Part shown: piece by piece, positions 1 through 8,804 of the stretch | How positions within the stretch are numbered: the first letter of the stretch is position 1 | How the letters are laid out: each line of letters starts with the position of its first letter | Assembly (NCBI GenBank): GCA_041746255.1 | Contig: JBGTHM010000054.1 | Coordinates: 1-22,853 of the forward strand | Length of the DNA stretch: 22,853 nucleotides | Direction of reading: 5' to 3' | DNA from: Fibrobacteria bacterium | GTDB taxonomy: Bacteria; Fibrobacterota; Fibrobacteria; UBA11236 | Made by a program: the position numbers and the translations under genes | Notes under the pieces: generated by a model | The model's input: the letters and a program-made list of their open reading frames with translations, nothing else | Databases searched by the model: none | What the model was told of the DNA's origin: nothing

Positions 1-587
1 TGCAAGGCGCCCGTTCCTTCGCTTTTGGAACCTTTGAAGCCGGTGATAAAATTTCCGAACCTCTGCAAAATGACGAGGCCTTATTCATTTTGGAAAAGCT
101 GGAAACCATCGCGGAAGGCCGTAACTTTGAACGTGCGAAAGCGAAAATCAAGGGAGATTTGGTACAGCTGAGAAAACTTGAGTTGGCCCGCCAGGAATTG
201 GAAAGTCATATGGCTTCCATTCAATCCGCAGGCGAATCTCTGCCGGCCGAAATTGGAAAAGCCGTGTTGGACAGTACCACTATGATTTCAGCAAAAAGTT
301 GGGTACCCGGCTTCGGCTACGATCACCCTGCACTCCACAAAGCCATTAATTCGGAAGCCGGAAAATGGAGCCCGGTGTTGACCACAGACTTAGCCGCAGT
401 GGCCGTTTTACCCTTGGAAAAAGGTTCCCTTCCCAGGGATGAAGCCCGGGTAAGGGCCCGTGAAGTCTTTCGGCCCGTTCCCGAAAACGCCTCTTATCTG
501 GTATCCTCCCTCTATCAACGCTGGCTCGAAGAAATGAAAAGCGAAGCCAAAATTGAGAACCGATTGGACGATATCTACCGCAGTTAA
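1..587 (+). CDS. 3' part of a PpiD/SurA-type periplasmic peptidyl-prolyl isomerase/chaperone (5'-truncated by window edge)
   Basis: Frame is open from base 3 (QGARSFAFGTFEAGDKISEPLQNDEALFILEK...) to TAA at 587. The 'AF...G.ISEP', 'PGFG...A....GKWSPV.T' and terminal 'YQRWLEEMKSEAKIENRLDDIY' patterns resemble PpiD-like C-termini. Confidence 0.65.
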   Translation, partial: QGARSFAFGTFEAGDKISEPLQNDEALFILEKLETIAEGRNFERAKAKIKGDLVQLRKLELARQELESHMASIQSAGESLPAEIGKAVLDSTTMISAKSWVPGFGYDHPALHKAINSEAGKWSPVLTTDLAAVAVLPLEKGSLPRDEARVRAREVFRPVPENASYLVSSLYQRWLEEMKSEAKIENRLDDIYRS

Positions 588-589
588 CC

Positions 590-615
590 AAAATGCCGCT
601 TGCCAGCGGCATTTT
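590..615 (+). terminator. Intrinsic terminator hairpin
   Basis: Perfect 11-bp inverted repeat AAAATGCCGCT-TGCC-AGCGGCATTTT starting 3 nt after the stop codon, with short T-runs on both strands. Confidence 0.75.
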
Positions 616-636
616 CTGGATATATGGGGTGGCTTG

Positions 637-810
637 ATGTCGCAAAGGCAACTTGTTAGTTTAAAAGAAATGCTGAAATATGTTCTCCTAGGTTTATTCT
701 TTTTCTCCCTGGCTGGAATCGGCCAAATATTCAGCGACTCCTCCTCATCTTTGCCACTTCCCTCCCTCAAGGGAACCCAGTGGGCACAATTCAAAGACCT
801 TTTTAATTAA
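637..810 (+). CDS. Putative 57-aa single-pass membrane/secreted small protein
   Basis: ATG at 637 preceded by GGGGTGG. Translation MSQRQLVSLKEMLKYVLLGLFFFSLAGIGQIFSDSSSSLPLPSLKGTQWAQFKDLFN has one hydrophobic stretch. Lies in an otherwise empty intergenic gap. Confidence 0.35.
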   Translation: MSQRQLVSLKEMLKYVLLGLFFFSLAGIGQIFSDSSSSLPLPSLKGTQWAQFKDLFN

Positions 811-903
811 CCTCGAAATTATCACCCTAAACTTCTCTCTTCACAGCTATTTCAGTTGTTTGCGAAGTCTGGGTTAATCCTCCCCTTTTCCGGTAGTTTC
901 AGT

Positions 904-933
904 TTGGCCACTTGAAGCGCCGGCCTTTATAAT
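904..933 (+). promoter_or_regulatory. Candidate sigma70-type promoter of the HD-GYP gene
   Basis: Perfect TATAAT at 928-933. TTGGCC/TGGCCA lies 18/17 nt upstream. SD-like GAGGT at 957-961 before the ATG at 966. Confidence 0.5.
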
Positions 934-965
934 CGATCAGGGAATTGATTTGATTCGAGGTTAAA

Positions 966-2024
966 ATGGTGCAGCCAAAAGGCAGCATACTTATTGTGGA
1001 TGACGAGCCATCAATATGCGCGGTGATATGCGATTACCTTCAGCTGCAGGGCTATGCCTGCGCCAGTGCCAATTCCGTGGACCCCGCCTTGGAATTCCTC
1101 CGCGAAAAATACGTCGATTGCATCCTATCCGACATTAAAATGCCCGGAAAATCAGGGTTGGATTTACTCCGGGAAGTTCGCACATATTGGCCCGAAATGG
1201 CCGTAATACTTTTCACCGGTCATGCGGAAGTGCACATGGCCGTTTCCTCCATGCAGGAGGGAGCCTATGACTTCATCCTCAAGCCCATTCAACTCAAGCA
1301 AGTGGCCCATAGCATCGCCAACGCCCTGGAGAAGAAGCGGCTTAAGAAGGAACTCAGAAATTACCATAAAAATCTCGAAAACCTGGTACAGGAACGCACT
1401 TCCCAAATTCAGGACGCTATGCACGACCTGGAGTCGAGCCATCTGGATACCATTAACCGCCTTTGCCATGCCGCCGAATACCGCGATGACGAAACGGGAT
1501 ACCATGTCTTACGTATCAGCAAATATTGCGAGATTCTCGCTCAACATCTGGGCTTAGCTAAAGAAGAAGTATGGCTACTCAGCAAGGCCAGTCCATTGCA
1601 TGACATCGGAAAAATTGGAATCCCGGATTCGATATTATTAAAGCCGGGTAAATTGACGGCGGAAGAATTCGAAGTCATGAAAAAGCATACGCAAATTGGC
1701 GGTGAAATTCTGAAAAATGCTAATTCCAGAGTCTTGCAAGTCGCCGAAGAGGTAGCCATGACTCACCATGAAAGATGGGATGGAATGGGTTATCCAAATA
1801 GGCTGAAGGGGGAAGGCATTCCTCTGATGGGGCGGATAACCGCAGTTGCGGATGTATTTGACGCCTTGACCATGAAGCGATGCTATAAGCCGGCTTTTTC
1901 ACTGGAGGCGTCGGTGGAAATAATCATGGAAGGGCGAGGGGGACATTTCGATCCCCGCATCGTGGATGTTTTCATGGAACATCTGGACGAATTTTCCACT
2001 ATCCAGAAGGAATACACGGAGTAG
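966..2024 (+). CDS. Response regulator with REC + HD-GYP domain (RpfG-like cyclic di-GMP phosphodiesterase)
   Basis: REC motifs ILIVDDE, SDIKMPG (phospho-acceptor Asp) and YDFILKP. HD-GYP motifs ETGYH, LHDIGKIG, HHERWDGMGYP and VADVFDAL. Confidence 0.93.
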   Translation: MVQPKGSILIVDDEPSICAVICDYLQLQGYACASANSVDPALEFLREKYVDCILSDIKMPGKSGLDLLREVRTYWPEMAVILFTGHAEVHMAVSSMQEGAYDFILKPIQLKQVAHSIANALEKKRLKKELRNYHKNLENLVQERTSQIQDAMHDLESSHLDTINRLCHAAEYRDDETGYHVLRISKYCEILAQHLGLAKEEVWLLSKASPLHDIGKIGIPDSILLKPGKLTAEEFEVMKKHTQIGGEILKNANSRVLQVAEEVAMTHHERWDGMGYPNRLKGEGIPLMGRITAVADVFDALTMKRCYKPAFSLEASVEIIMEGRGGHFDPRIVDVFMEHLDEFSTIQKEYTE

Positions 2025-2042
2025 CCGCAACCGGCCGGGTTT

Positions 2043-5000
2043 TCAGAACCTGAGTAATTTTCGGGTTGCCGTGAACCTTTTGCCGTTGTTTGCAACGGCT
2101 TCCACCGAAATTGTGTAAGCTCCCGGAGGTACCGGCATCCTGTCGCGACCCACACCGTTCCAGGAAATTTCCAGGATATTATTGCCCTTAACCCGAGCGT
2201 CCCATACTTCTTTTCCGCTGTAATTGAAAGCCCGCACATGGTATTGGGCACTCACGACGCTCCCCGGAAGCGCATAACGCAATTGCACAGACCGGGTGAA
2301 GGGATTCGGAAACCCCGTCAAGCTTAGGAAGCCGGACGGATGCAGTTTATTTACAACCGACTGCAAATAGGCCTCGTTCCCGGCCACCAGATAGTACTCT
2401 TTATCCTGGAAATCGGAGCCGCTAAGGCGAATCTCGGAGTCTTTACTGAGTGGGATTACCCTATTTTCAAGCGCTTCCACAAGGTATACCGGTATTTCAG
2501 GCCCAACCGCATCCTCGAGTCGGAAAGAAACGCCTTCTGTCTTATTCCAAAGGTGCGCTTCGAGTGGCCAGACCCCCTGGTGCTCGCCATCCGCGCGGAT
2601 ATGCCGGGATAATGCCTCCGCCGAAGCGCCCGGAACGCGGTTCTTAAGGAACAACCCGAAGTTTTGCCCGGGCACCAGAGGCGGGCTGATTAATCTACTC
2701 TCGTTTTTACCCGTTCCAATCTGCAGCTCCATTCCTGCCGAACTATTGAAAACTTTTATCCTCGCGCGCCAAGCATCATTGGCCGATTGTTTGGCTACTA
2801 CGGTGACGCTACGCGCCGTATCGACTACAGGGAATTTGAGCGCTACTGCCGAAGATGGCTTGACGGTTATCCCCTCCCAGGGATTTACCACACTGGAAGC
2901 GGCCAGCGCTTCCCAGGCCGGTGTTGCGCTGTTATAACGGAAGGCGGGAATTTGCTCCGCGGTCAATCCGGAGGCGGTGAGAATATCCTGCCAAAGCATC
3001 GGGAAATTAAAGGGAAGCCCAATGTCGTTCCAGAGGTTGGCTCGTAAGTTAAGAGCATAGGTACCCGAGTCGAGTGAGACCCCTTCCTCGGGGGCAGGTC
3101 GGAAAGGTTGGTTGCCTCCCACCCAGATCGCTTTGCCTCCCGAGAATGGGAAATCAACTGTCGCGCCGCCTTTATAAAGGGTGTACCCTGCTTCTGCACT
3201 GCCTTGACCGTTGTAGCGCATGGCCTTGAAATTAGTCGCAATCCAATCTTTCCTACCCACCAGGCCGGCAAGGCTTGCGTAGCCCTTCTCCTCCCAAGGA
3301 AGGCTGATAAGATTCCACTTACCCGTATTCTCGAAAAACCGGGTTTCCGAAGTATGCAATTCTTTGAACGAGGTGCGAACAAAGGCACGTCCAAAGGAAA
3401 TCGCTGAACCATCGAAAACAGCGATGACGACTTCGAGACTTCGCGACCGTTTGCGGGCAGTACCATCGGATGGATAGTTCTGACCGACTTCGATACTAAC
3501 GGTGGTAGGCGCCAGGGAGCCGTCCGCCCCGATTGTCAGACCGCCATCACCCAGTGAAATAATTGAAGGGAAGTTGTTTTCGCTTATCGATCTCAACCGA
3601 AAGGGGTTTTTCATCCCCGGAGTGTTACCTTCACTCCCGGAATCCGCCCGAACCATCCGCTTAAAATACTCCATGAAACGGGAATTCTTCAGGGAATCCG
3701 GAAGGTTCGAAAACCCGGAGGTAAGCAACTGGGACTTGGCGAAATAAGTCGAGACGAACACCGAAGAATCCATATAGGCGCCCGCAGGGACTACAGCAGC
3801 AAGGACCAAGGGATTCGCCGTTTTGAAATTCGTACCGGAGAAGGTAATATCAAAGGGAGGAGGCGAAGTAGTACTTATTAGAAAGGGTACGGGTTCGGTA
3901 GGCGCCAGCGTGGATAAAGTCACCGATGACGACGGCAATTTCCCGAAAACATAAGTGAGCGCTCCTCCCTGATTTCCCTCGACCCGAATTTGGGTTTTAC
4001 CGTTTTCGATACTGCTTTCCCATGAGGTCACCAAGGCCGGAAGCCCTCCCTGTTGACCTAAAAGGAATAAATCGAGCGAATTGCTTTTTATCCTGGCATC
4101 GATTTGCGTGGAATCGAGATCGATGATGGCCGTGAAGGTTTGCGAAGAACCTTGCTTACCCAGATTGTCTTCCTTGATATTGAGCGTGAAAGCCGGGATA
4201 TCGCTGACTTGCATGCCGGAAGGCGCTACCGCCTGGGAAGAAGCGAACACGGGAACCTCCACCCGGCTGCCGCCGGCCGCGGCTTCGCGTAAAGTCACCA
4301 CGGACGTCACCCAGGTGGAAAAACCGCCATTGGCTTGAAAAACTCCGTCGGTACTGGGGCAGCGCGTGTTGGAGATAGCGAAATCGCAGGGCTCCGTGCT
4401 TTTCAGGATACCGGATTCAAGGGACCGGGTAACGGTATGGCCTCGATTGGTTCCCTTGAAAAAAGCGGCCCGAAAAAAGTAAGTGGTTTTTTCTTTCAGA
4501 CCTGTAGCCGTATCGATGATGGTTCCGGCAAGTAATTGGCGTGACGGGAAGGTCTTACGGCCCAAAACACCGGAACCCGCAGGATCGTTTACCTGGGTTT
4601 CCGCCCACCATACCTTGACGGAATCTGCGTCGAGCGTATCTACGTTGGTACTGGATACCTGGTAGGTTGCCCGGGTAAAGTCGTTTTCCACCATGGTGGC
4701 TTCGAATTTCAACCAGCTGACAACCGCATTCGGGTTCGGATTTTCAAATTCGAAGGCCCCGACTTCGGGATGATTGATTCGGAGCTTTCCGAATAAGTCT
4801 CGACTAGGCGGTCCGATGGAAGCGTCTCGGTCGCTACCTGCGAAAAGTGAGGTGCATTCGGTATTCGCATTGCAATCGAAGGGAGATCCGATCTGGGTGT
4901 GCCGGGTGCTGATAAGATCGAGAAAGTTACTGGCATGCATGTTGATTGGTGCAAGGGCAATGGTCTTGGCCAATTGCGTATCTTTTGTGATGAATCCATG

Positions 5001-5816
5001 ATAGTTCACGTTATCGATGGTATAAACGTTCCGGCTCAGCTTGGGTTGCGTATTGGCTAATGTGATATCATACGGATTACTGATTCCGGAGAAAAAATTA
5101 TTCGCAATAATTGCCGTTACATCGCCATTTTCCACCCTCATACCAGCCATGTTCGTCCCGGCCGGAAGCCCGGCATCGAGCATGAAGGTATTGTTCACGA
5201 TGCGAATGAGTGGAGAGGGCGAGTTGGCGAACTGAACGCCCGCTCCAAAACCCCAGACGAAATTATTCTGGATAACAGCTTGTGCATTATTATTGAGAGT
5301 AATAGCTGGGGTCGCCACGGAGACATTCGCAGCCGAGGGACGAAAAATATTGGCGTCTAGCACCACAGTATTATTGGAAACTCGAATCGCTGGAGCGGTA
5401 CTGCCGCTTCCCATTTCCACCACTAATCCGCGTACGGTCACATTGGGCCGATTAATAATGAGCGCGGGGGTCGAACCGGAACCTCTGATTACGGGGCGGG
5501 GAGCCAGGTACCTTCCTCCGCCGGCGGTATCGGCCATGATCAGCATGGGGGAGGTTCCCACGTTCGCGATGGTATAGCTTCCAGCGACATCGGCAAGGGC
5601 GCCGGTAAAACCGCCCTTCATAATGATGGTGCCTCCGGCCGGACGACTCCGGACCAACGTAACAGCCGTATCCAAACTGCAAAACGGTTGATTCTGCATT
5701 CCGTTCTGAGTGGGGCAGGCTGTGCTACGGATTTCCACGTAAAGCGTGGTATCACCAACTTGACCGAAAGCTTGTAACGCAAGGAAAAGCCCGGAGGCAA
5801 ACAGGAGTTTTTGCAT
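2043..5816 (-). CDS. Large secreted protein: signal peptide, parallel beta-helix (pectin-lyase-like) region, choice-of-anchor-Q-like motif, beta-rich repeats, C-terminal FlgD-Ig/T9SS type A-like domain
   Basis: Single ORF, with ATG at 5816 preferred over GTG at 5831. Signal MQKLLFASGLFLALQAFG. N-terminal 'NG.QNQPFCSL..A'. Asn ladders IQNNFV/IVNNTF/IANNFF. 'DLFGKLR...PEVGAFEF'. Paired WNLISLPW/WNDIGLPF motifs. C-terminal FPNPF...YALP...FNYSGKEV...WNG....VPPGAY. Confidence 0.8.
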   Translation of the reverse strand: MQKLLFASGLFLALQAFGQVGDTTLYVEIRSTACPTQNGMQNQPFCSLDTAVTLVRSRPAGGTIIMKGGFTGALADVAGSYTIANVGTSPMLIMADTAGGGRYLAPRPVIRGSGSTPALIINRPNVTVRGLVVEMGSGSTAPAIRVSNNTVVLDANIFRPSAANVSVATPAITLNNNAQAVIQNNFVWGFGAGVQFANSPSPLIRIVNNTFMLDAGLPAGTNMAGMRVENGDVTAIIANNFFSGISNPYDITLANTQPKLSRNVYTIDNVNYHGFITKDTQLAKTIALAPINMHASNFLDLISTRHTQIGSPFDCNANTECTSLFAGSDRDASIGPPSRDLFGKLRINHPEVGAFEFENPNPNAVVSWLKFEATMVENDFTRATYQVSSTNVDTLDADSVKVWWAETQVNDPAGSGVLGRKTFPSRQLLAGTIIDTATGLKEKTTYFFRAAFFKGTNRGHTVTRSLESGILKSTEPCDFAISNTRCPSTDGVFQANGGFSTWVTSVVTLREAAAGGSRVEVPVFASSQAVAPSGMQVSDIPAFTLNIKEDNLGKQGSSQTFTAIIDLDSTQIDARIKSNSLDLFLLGQQGGLPALVTSWESSIENGKTQIRVEGNQGGALTYVFGKLPSSSVTLSTLAPTEPVPFLISTTSPPPFDITFSGTNFKTANPLVLAAVVPAGAYMDSSVFVSTYFAKSQLLTSGFSNLPDSLKNSRFMEYFKRMVRADSGSEGNTPGMKNPFRLRSISENNFPSIISLGDGGLTIGADGSLAPTTVSIEVGQNYPSDGTARKRSRSLEVVIAVFDGSAISFGRAFVRTSFKELHTSETRFFENTGKWNLISLPWEEKGYASLAGLVGRKDWIATNFKAMRYNGQGSAEAGYTLYKGGATVDFPFSGGKAIWVGGNQPFRPAPEEGVSLDSGTYALNLRANLWNDIGLPFNFPMLWQDILTASGLTAEQIPAFRYNSATPAWEALAASSVVNPWEGITVKPSSAVALKFPVVDTARSVTVVAKQSANDAWRARIKVFNSSAGMELQIGTGKNESRLISPPLVPGQNFGLFLKNRVPGASAEALSRHIRADGEHQGVWPLEAHLWNKTEGVSFRLEDAVGPEIPVYLVEALENRVIPLSKDSEIRLSGSDFQDKEYYLVAGNEAYLQSVVNKLHPSGFLSLTGFPNPFTRSVQLRYALPGSVVSAQYHVRAFNYSGKEVWDARVKGNNILEISWNGVGRDRMPVPPGAYTISVEAVANNGKRFTATRKLLRF

Positions 5817-5959
5817 AGAATGCTTTCCCACCGCCGGCGCGGATTACAACTCCGCCGGCTGATTCGATGTCCCTAATCCTAAAAATCTGCTCAAAAAACG
5901 AGAAACCTGGTAAAGTCTACACTGGCCAAAGATAACAAATAATGTAAATTTATGCCCGT

Positions 5960-6034
5960 GGTGTGTTCGTCTAGTGGTTAGGACGCTGCCCTCTCACGGC
6001 GGAAGCAGGGGTTCAACTCCCCTACGCACTACCA
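5960..6034 (+). tRNA. tRNA-Glu (anticodon CTC)
   Basis: Cloverleaf: acceptor GGTGTGT/ACGCACT+A+CCA, D-loop region AGTGGTTAG, anticodon stem CTGCC/GGCGG with loop CT-CTC-AC, T-arm AGGGG-TTCAACT-CCCCT. CCA is encoded. Confidence 0.95.
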
Positions 6035-6051
6035 ACTCCCCCACCGCACTA
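6014..6051 (+). repeat. Imperfect tandem duplication of the tRNA-Glu 3' end
   Basis: CAACTCCCCTACGCACTA (6014-6031, inside the tRNA) vs CAACTCCCCCACCGCACTA (6033-6051): one substitution and one 1-nt insertion. Confidence 0.65.
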
Positions 6052-6110
6052 TTCTACTCTCCCAATTGCCGCAATGGCGATAATTCTCTGCAAGGAATTA
6101 CCATTAACGC

Positions 6111-6139
6111 TTGCGATACGGTGTACCATATCCTATTTT
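6111..6139 (+). promoter_or_regulatory. Candidate sigma70-type promoter for glgC-pgm
   Basis: TTGCGA-17 nt-TATTTT, ending 39 nt before the glgC ATG. Confidence 0.4.
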
Positions 6140-6177
6140 GAGCCGAAAAAGCCACTCGTCTATTCCGAAGGTAATCC

Positions 6178-7413
6178 ATGGACAGCAGTCTCCTTGTTAT
6201 GATTCTTGCCGGCGGCCAAGGGTCCCGCTTGCAACCCTTGACCAACGATCGGGCCAAACCGGCCGTTCATTTCGGGGGAAAATACCGCGTCATCGATTTT
6301 GTCCTTAATAATTTCGTGAATTCCGGGTTTTTCCAAATCAAAATTCTAACCCAATTCAAATCCGATTCGTTGAATCGCCATGTCTCCACGGCCTGGGCAC
6401 TCAATCGCAACTTGAACCAGTACGTGGATTTGGTGCCCGCGCAAATGCGCATGGGAAACACGTGGTACCTGGGCACGGCAGACGCTATCTACCAGAATGT
6501 GAACCTCATCCGCGACGAAAATCCGGATCATGTCGCGGTATTCGGCGGCGATCACATTTATAAGATGAACGTCAATCAGATGTTCCAATATCACCTTCGC
6601 AAAAAAGCCATGGCGACCGTTTCCGCCATTCCAGTTCCACTTCACGAGGCCACTGCCTTCGGCGTGGTAGAAGTTGACGAGGAAGGGCGCATGATCGGAT
6701 TCGAAGAAAAGCCCGCCCGGCCCAAACATATGCCGGGTCGACCCGAATGGGCGCTGGCCTCCATGGGCAATTATTTCTTCGATGCGGACTTTTTGGTCAA
6801 GGAACTGTTAAGCGACAGTAAAATCGCCAATTCAAATCACGATTTCGGCCGCGATATCCTTCCGAGCATTTACCCTCACCACCCCGTATACGTCTACGAC
6901 TTTGGAAGAAACCGCATCAAAGGCGAGCCTGAGATCAGCCAATCCTATTGGCGCGACATCGGAACGTTGGATGCCCTCTTCGAAGCCAATATGGATGCCT
7001 GTGCGGTTTCTCCGCCATTCAGCCTCTACAACCGGAACTGGCCGCTGCGTACCGTCAATTGGAATCTCCCCCCGGCGAAATTCGTCTTCGGCATGGAAGA
7101 CCCCCAGCAGCGTCTCGGCCAAGCACTGGACTCCGTCATCAGTGAGGGCTGCATCATTTCCGGTGGCCAAGTCATTCATTCGGTTCTCAGCCCGGGCTGC
7201 TTCATCCATTCGCATTCGCGAGTGGTGGACTCCATTCTCTTCCCCAATGTGGACGTGGGCAGGGGTGCGCTGGTGCAAAGGGCCATCGTGGAAAAAGACG
7301 TACGCATTCCCCCGGGCTACCAACTGGGCGTCAATCTCGATAAAGACCGGGAACGCTTCCACGTCACAGAAAGCGGCATCGTAGTCGTGCCCAAAGAAAC
7401 CGTCATCGAATAA
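6178..7413 (+). CDS. glgC: Glucose-1-phosphate adenylyltransferase (ADP-glucose pyrophosphorylase)
   Basis: ILAGGQGSRLQPLT.DRAKPAVHFGGKYR, WYLGTADAIYQN, GDHIYKM, FEEKP, ASMGNY, HDFGRDI, YWRDIGT and a C-terminal left-handed beta-helix. Confidence 0.97.
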   Translation: MDSSLLVMILAGGQGSRLQPLTNDRAKPAVHFGGKYRVIDFVLNNFVNSGFFQIKILTQFKSDSLNRHVSTAWALNRNLNQYVDLVPAQMRMGNTWYLGTADAIYQNVNLIRDENPDHVAVFGGDHIYKMNVNQMFQYHLRKKAMATVSAIPVPLHEATAFGVVEVDEEGRMIGFEEKPARPKHMPGRPEWALASMGNYFFDADFLVKELLSDSKIANSNHDFGRDILPSIYPHHPVYVYDFGRNRIKGEPEISQSYWRDIGTLDALFEANMDACAVSPPFSLYNRNWPLRTVNWNLPPAKFVFGMEDPQQRLGQALDSVISEGCIISGGQVIHSVLSPGCFIHSHSRVVDSILFPNVDVGRGALVQRAIVEKDVRIPPGYQLGVNLDKDRERFHVTESGIVVVPKETVIE

Positions 7414-7428
7414 AGGAAATAGCTCTCC

Positions 7429-8799
7429 ATGAACGAATCCATCTTCCGGGAATACGATATCCGTGGCTTGGTGCCCCAAGAGCTCGATACTGAAACCGTA
7501 CGTAAAATAGCCAAGGGTTTCGGCACATTACTAGGCAGCAAAGGCCTCAAGCGCATTGCTGTGGGCGGCGACGTGCGTCTGCATACCAACGAAATCAAAG
7601 ACGTTTTCATCGAAGCCATCAATCAAACCGGTATCGATGTTATCGACATTGGGCAGGTTACCACTCCGGTTTGCTATTTCAGCCCCTTTCATCTGGAAAT
7701 AGACGGCTTCGTTATGATTACCGCAAGCCACAACCCCAAGGAGTACAACGGCTTCAAATTGGGTATGGGCAAGACTACGCTTTTCGGTAGTGAAATACAG
7801 GAAGTCCGCAGTATCGCCGCCGCAGGAAAATTCCTTTCCGGAGAAGGAAAACGGGAAACGCGGAACATAACACCCGCTTACATGGACTATTTGTCCGAAC
7901 GTTTCAAAATGAAGAATCCCGTCAAAATGGTTTATGACCCCGCCAACGCCGTCGGGGCATTATTCGGGACGGAGCTTTTCCGGCGCGTGGGGGTCGATGT
8001 CATCGCCATCAACGACACCGTGGACGGCAATTTTCCCAGCCACCACCCCGACCCCACGGTAGCCGAAAACATGGTGCAGCTCGCCGCCAAAGTAAAGGAA
8101 TCCGGCGCGCGCCTGGGAATCGGCCTCGACGGGGATGGCGACCGCATCGGCGTAATCGACGAAAACGGAAACCTGATACCGGGCGACTTGCTCACTTTGA
8201 TTTTCGCCAAAGACATCCTAAAGGAGCAACCCGGGGCCAAAATCATTTTCGAAGTCAAATCGACGATGGCCATGGAAGAGGAAATCACCAAAGCGGGCGG
8301 CAAACCCATCATGTGGAAAGTGGGGCATTCGCTTCTCAAGAATAAAATGCTCGAGGAAAAGGCGCCCCTGGCCGGCGAATTGAGCGGGCATGTCTTTTTC
8401 GCCGATAAATATTTCGGTTACGACGATGCCATGTACGCCGGCCTCCGTCTGCTGGAAATCCTCGACCGTACCGGAAAGACTGTGAGTCAATTACTGGAAG
8501 GCGTGCCCGCCTACCCCGGCACCCCGGAGATACGCTGCGAAGCCGAGAACGACGTGGAAAAATTTCGCATCACGCGCCAAGCGGTCGAATACTTCAGTAA
8601 GAATTTCGAGGTAAACGACATCGACGGCGTTCGCATTCAATTCGGAGACGGCTGGGGATTAGTAAGGGCATCGAATACCCAACCCTCTTTAGTGACCCGC
8701 TTCGAAGCCAAAACCCCCGAGCGTCTCGAAGAAATCAAAAATCTGGTATTGGGTAAATTACAGGAATTCGGAAAGCTGGTGGTCGGCGCCAAGCATTGA
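7429..8799 (+). CDS. Phosphomannomutase/phosphoglucomutase (AlgC-type alpha-D-phosphohexomutase)
   Basis: IFREYDIRG, catalytic ITASHNPKEYNGFK, metal loop DGDGDR, GELSGH and LVRASNTQP. Confidence 0.95.
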   Translation: MNESIFREYDIRGLVPQELDTETVRKIAKGFGTLLGSKGLKRIAVGGDVRLHTNEIKDVFIEAINQTGIDVIDIGQVTTPVCYFSPFHLEIDGFVMITASHNPKEYNGFKLGMGKTTLFGSEIQEVRSIAAAGKFLSGEGKRETRNITPAYMDYLSERFKMKNPVKMVYDPANAVGALFGTELFRRVGVDVIAINDTVDGNFPSHHPDPTVAENMVQLAAKVKESGARLGIGLDGDGDRIGVIDENGNLIPGDLLTLIFAKDILKEQPGAKIIFEVKSTMAMEEEITKAGGKPIMWKVGHSLLKNKMLEEKAPLAGELSGHVFFADKYFGYDDAMYAGLRLLEILDRTGKTVSQLLEGVPAYPGTPEIRCEAENDVEKFRITRQAVEYFSKNFEVNDIDGVRIQFGDGWGLVRASNTQPSLVTRFEAKTPERLEEIKNLVLGKLQEFGKLVVGAKH

Positions 8800-8804
8800 T
8801 CGGT

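Noticed and set aside
2043..6034. Genomic island anchored at tRNA-Glu
   Set aside because: No integrase and no distant att copy seen. The large gene lies on the 5' side of the tRNA, and housekeeping genes follow the 3' side.
6832..7479. 215-aa minus-strand ORF
   Set aside because: Antisense shadow of glgC with no recognisable motifs.
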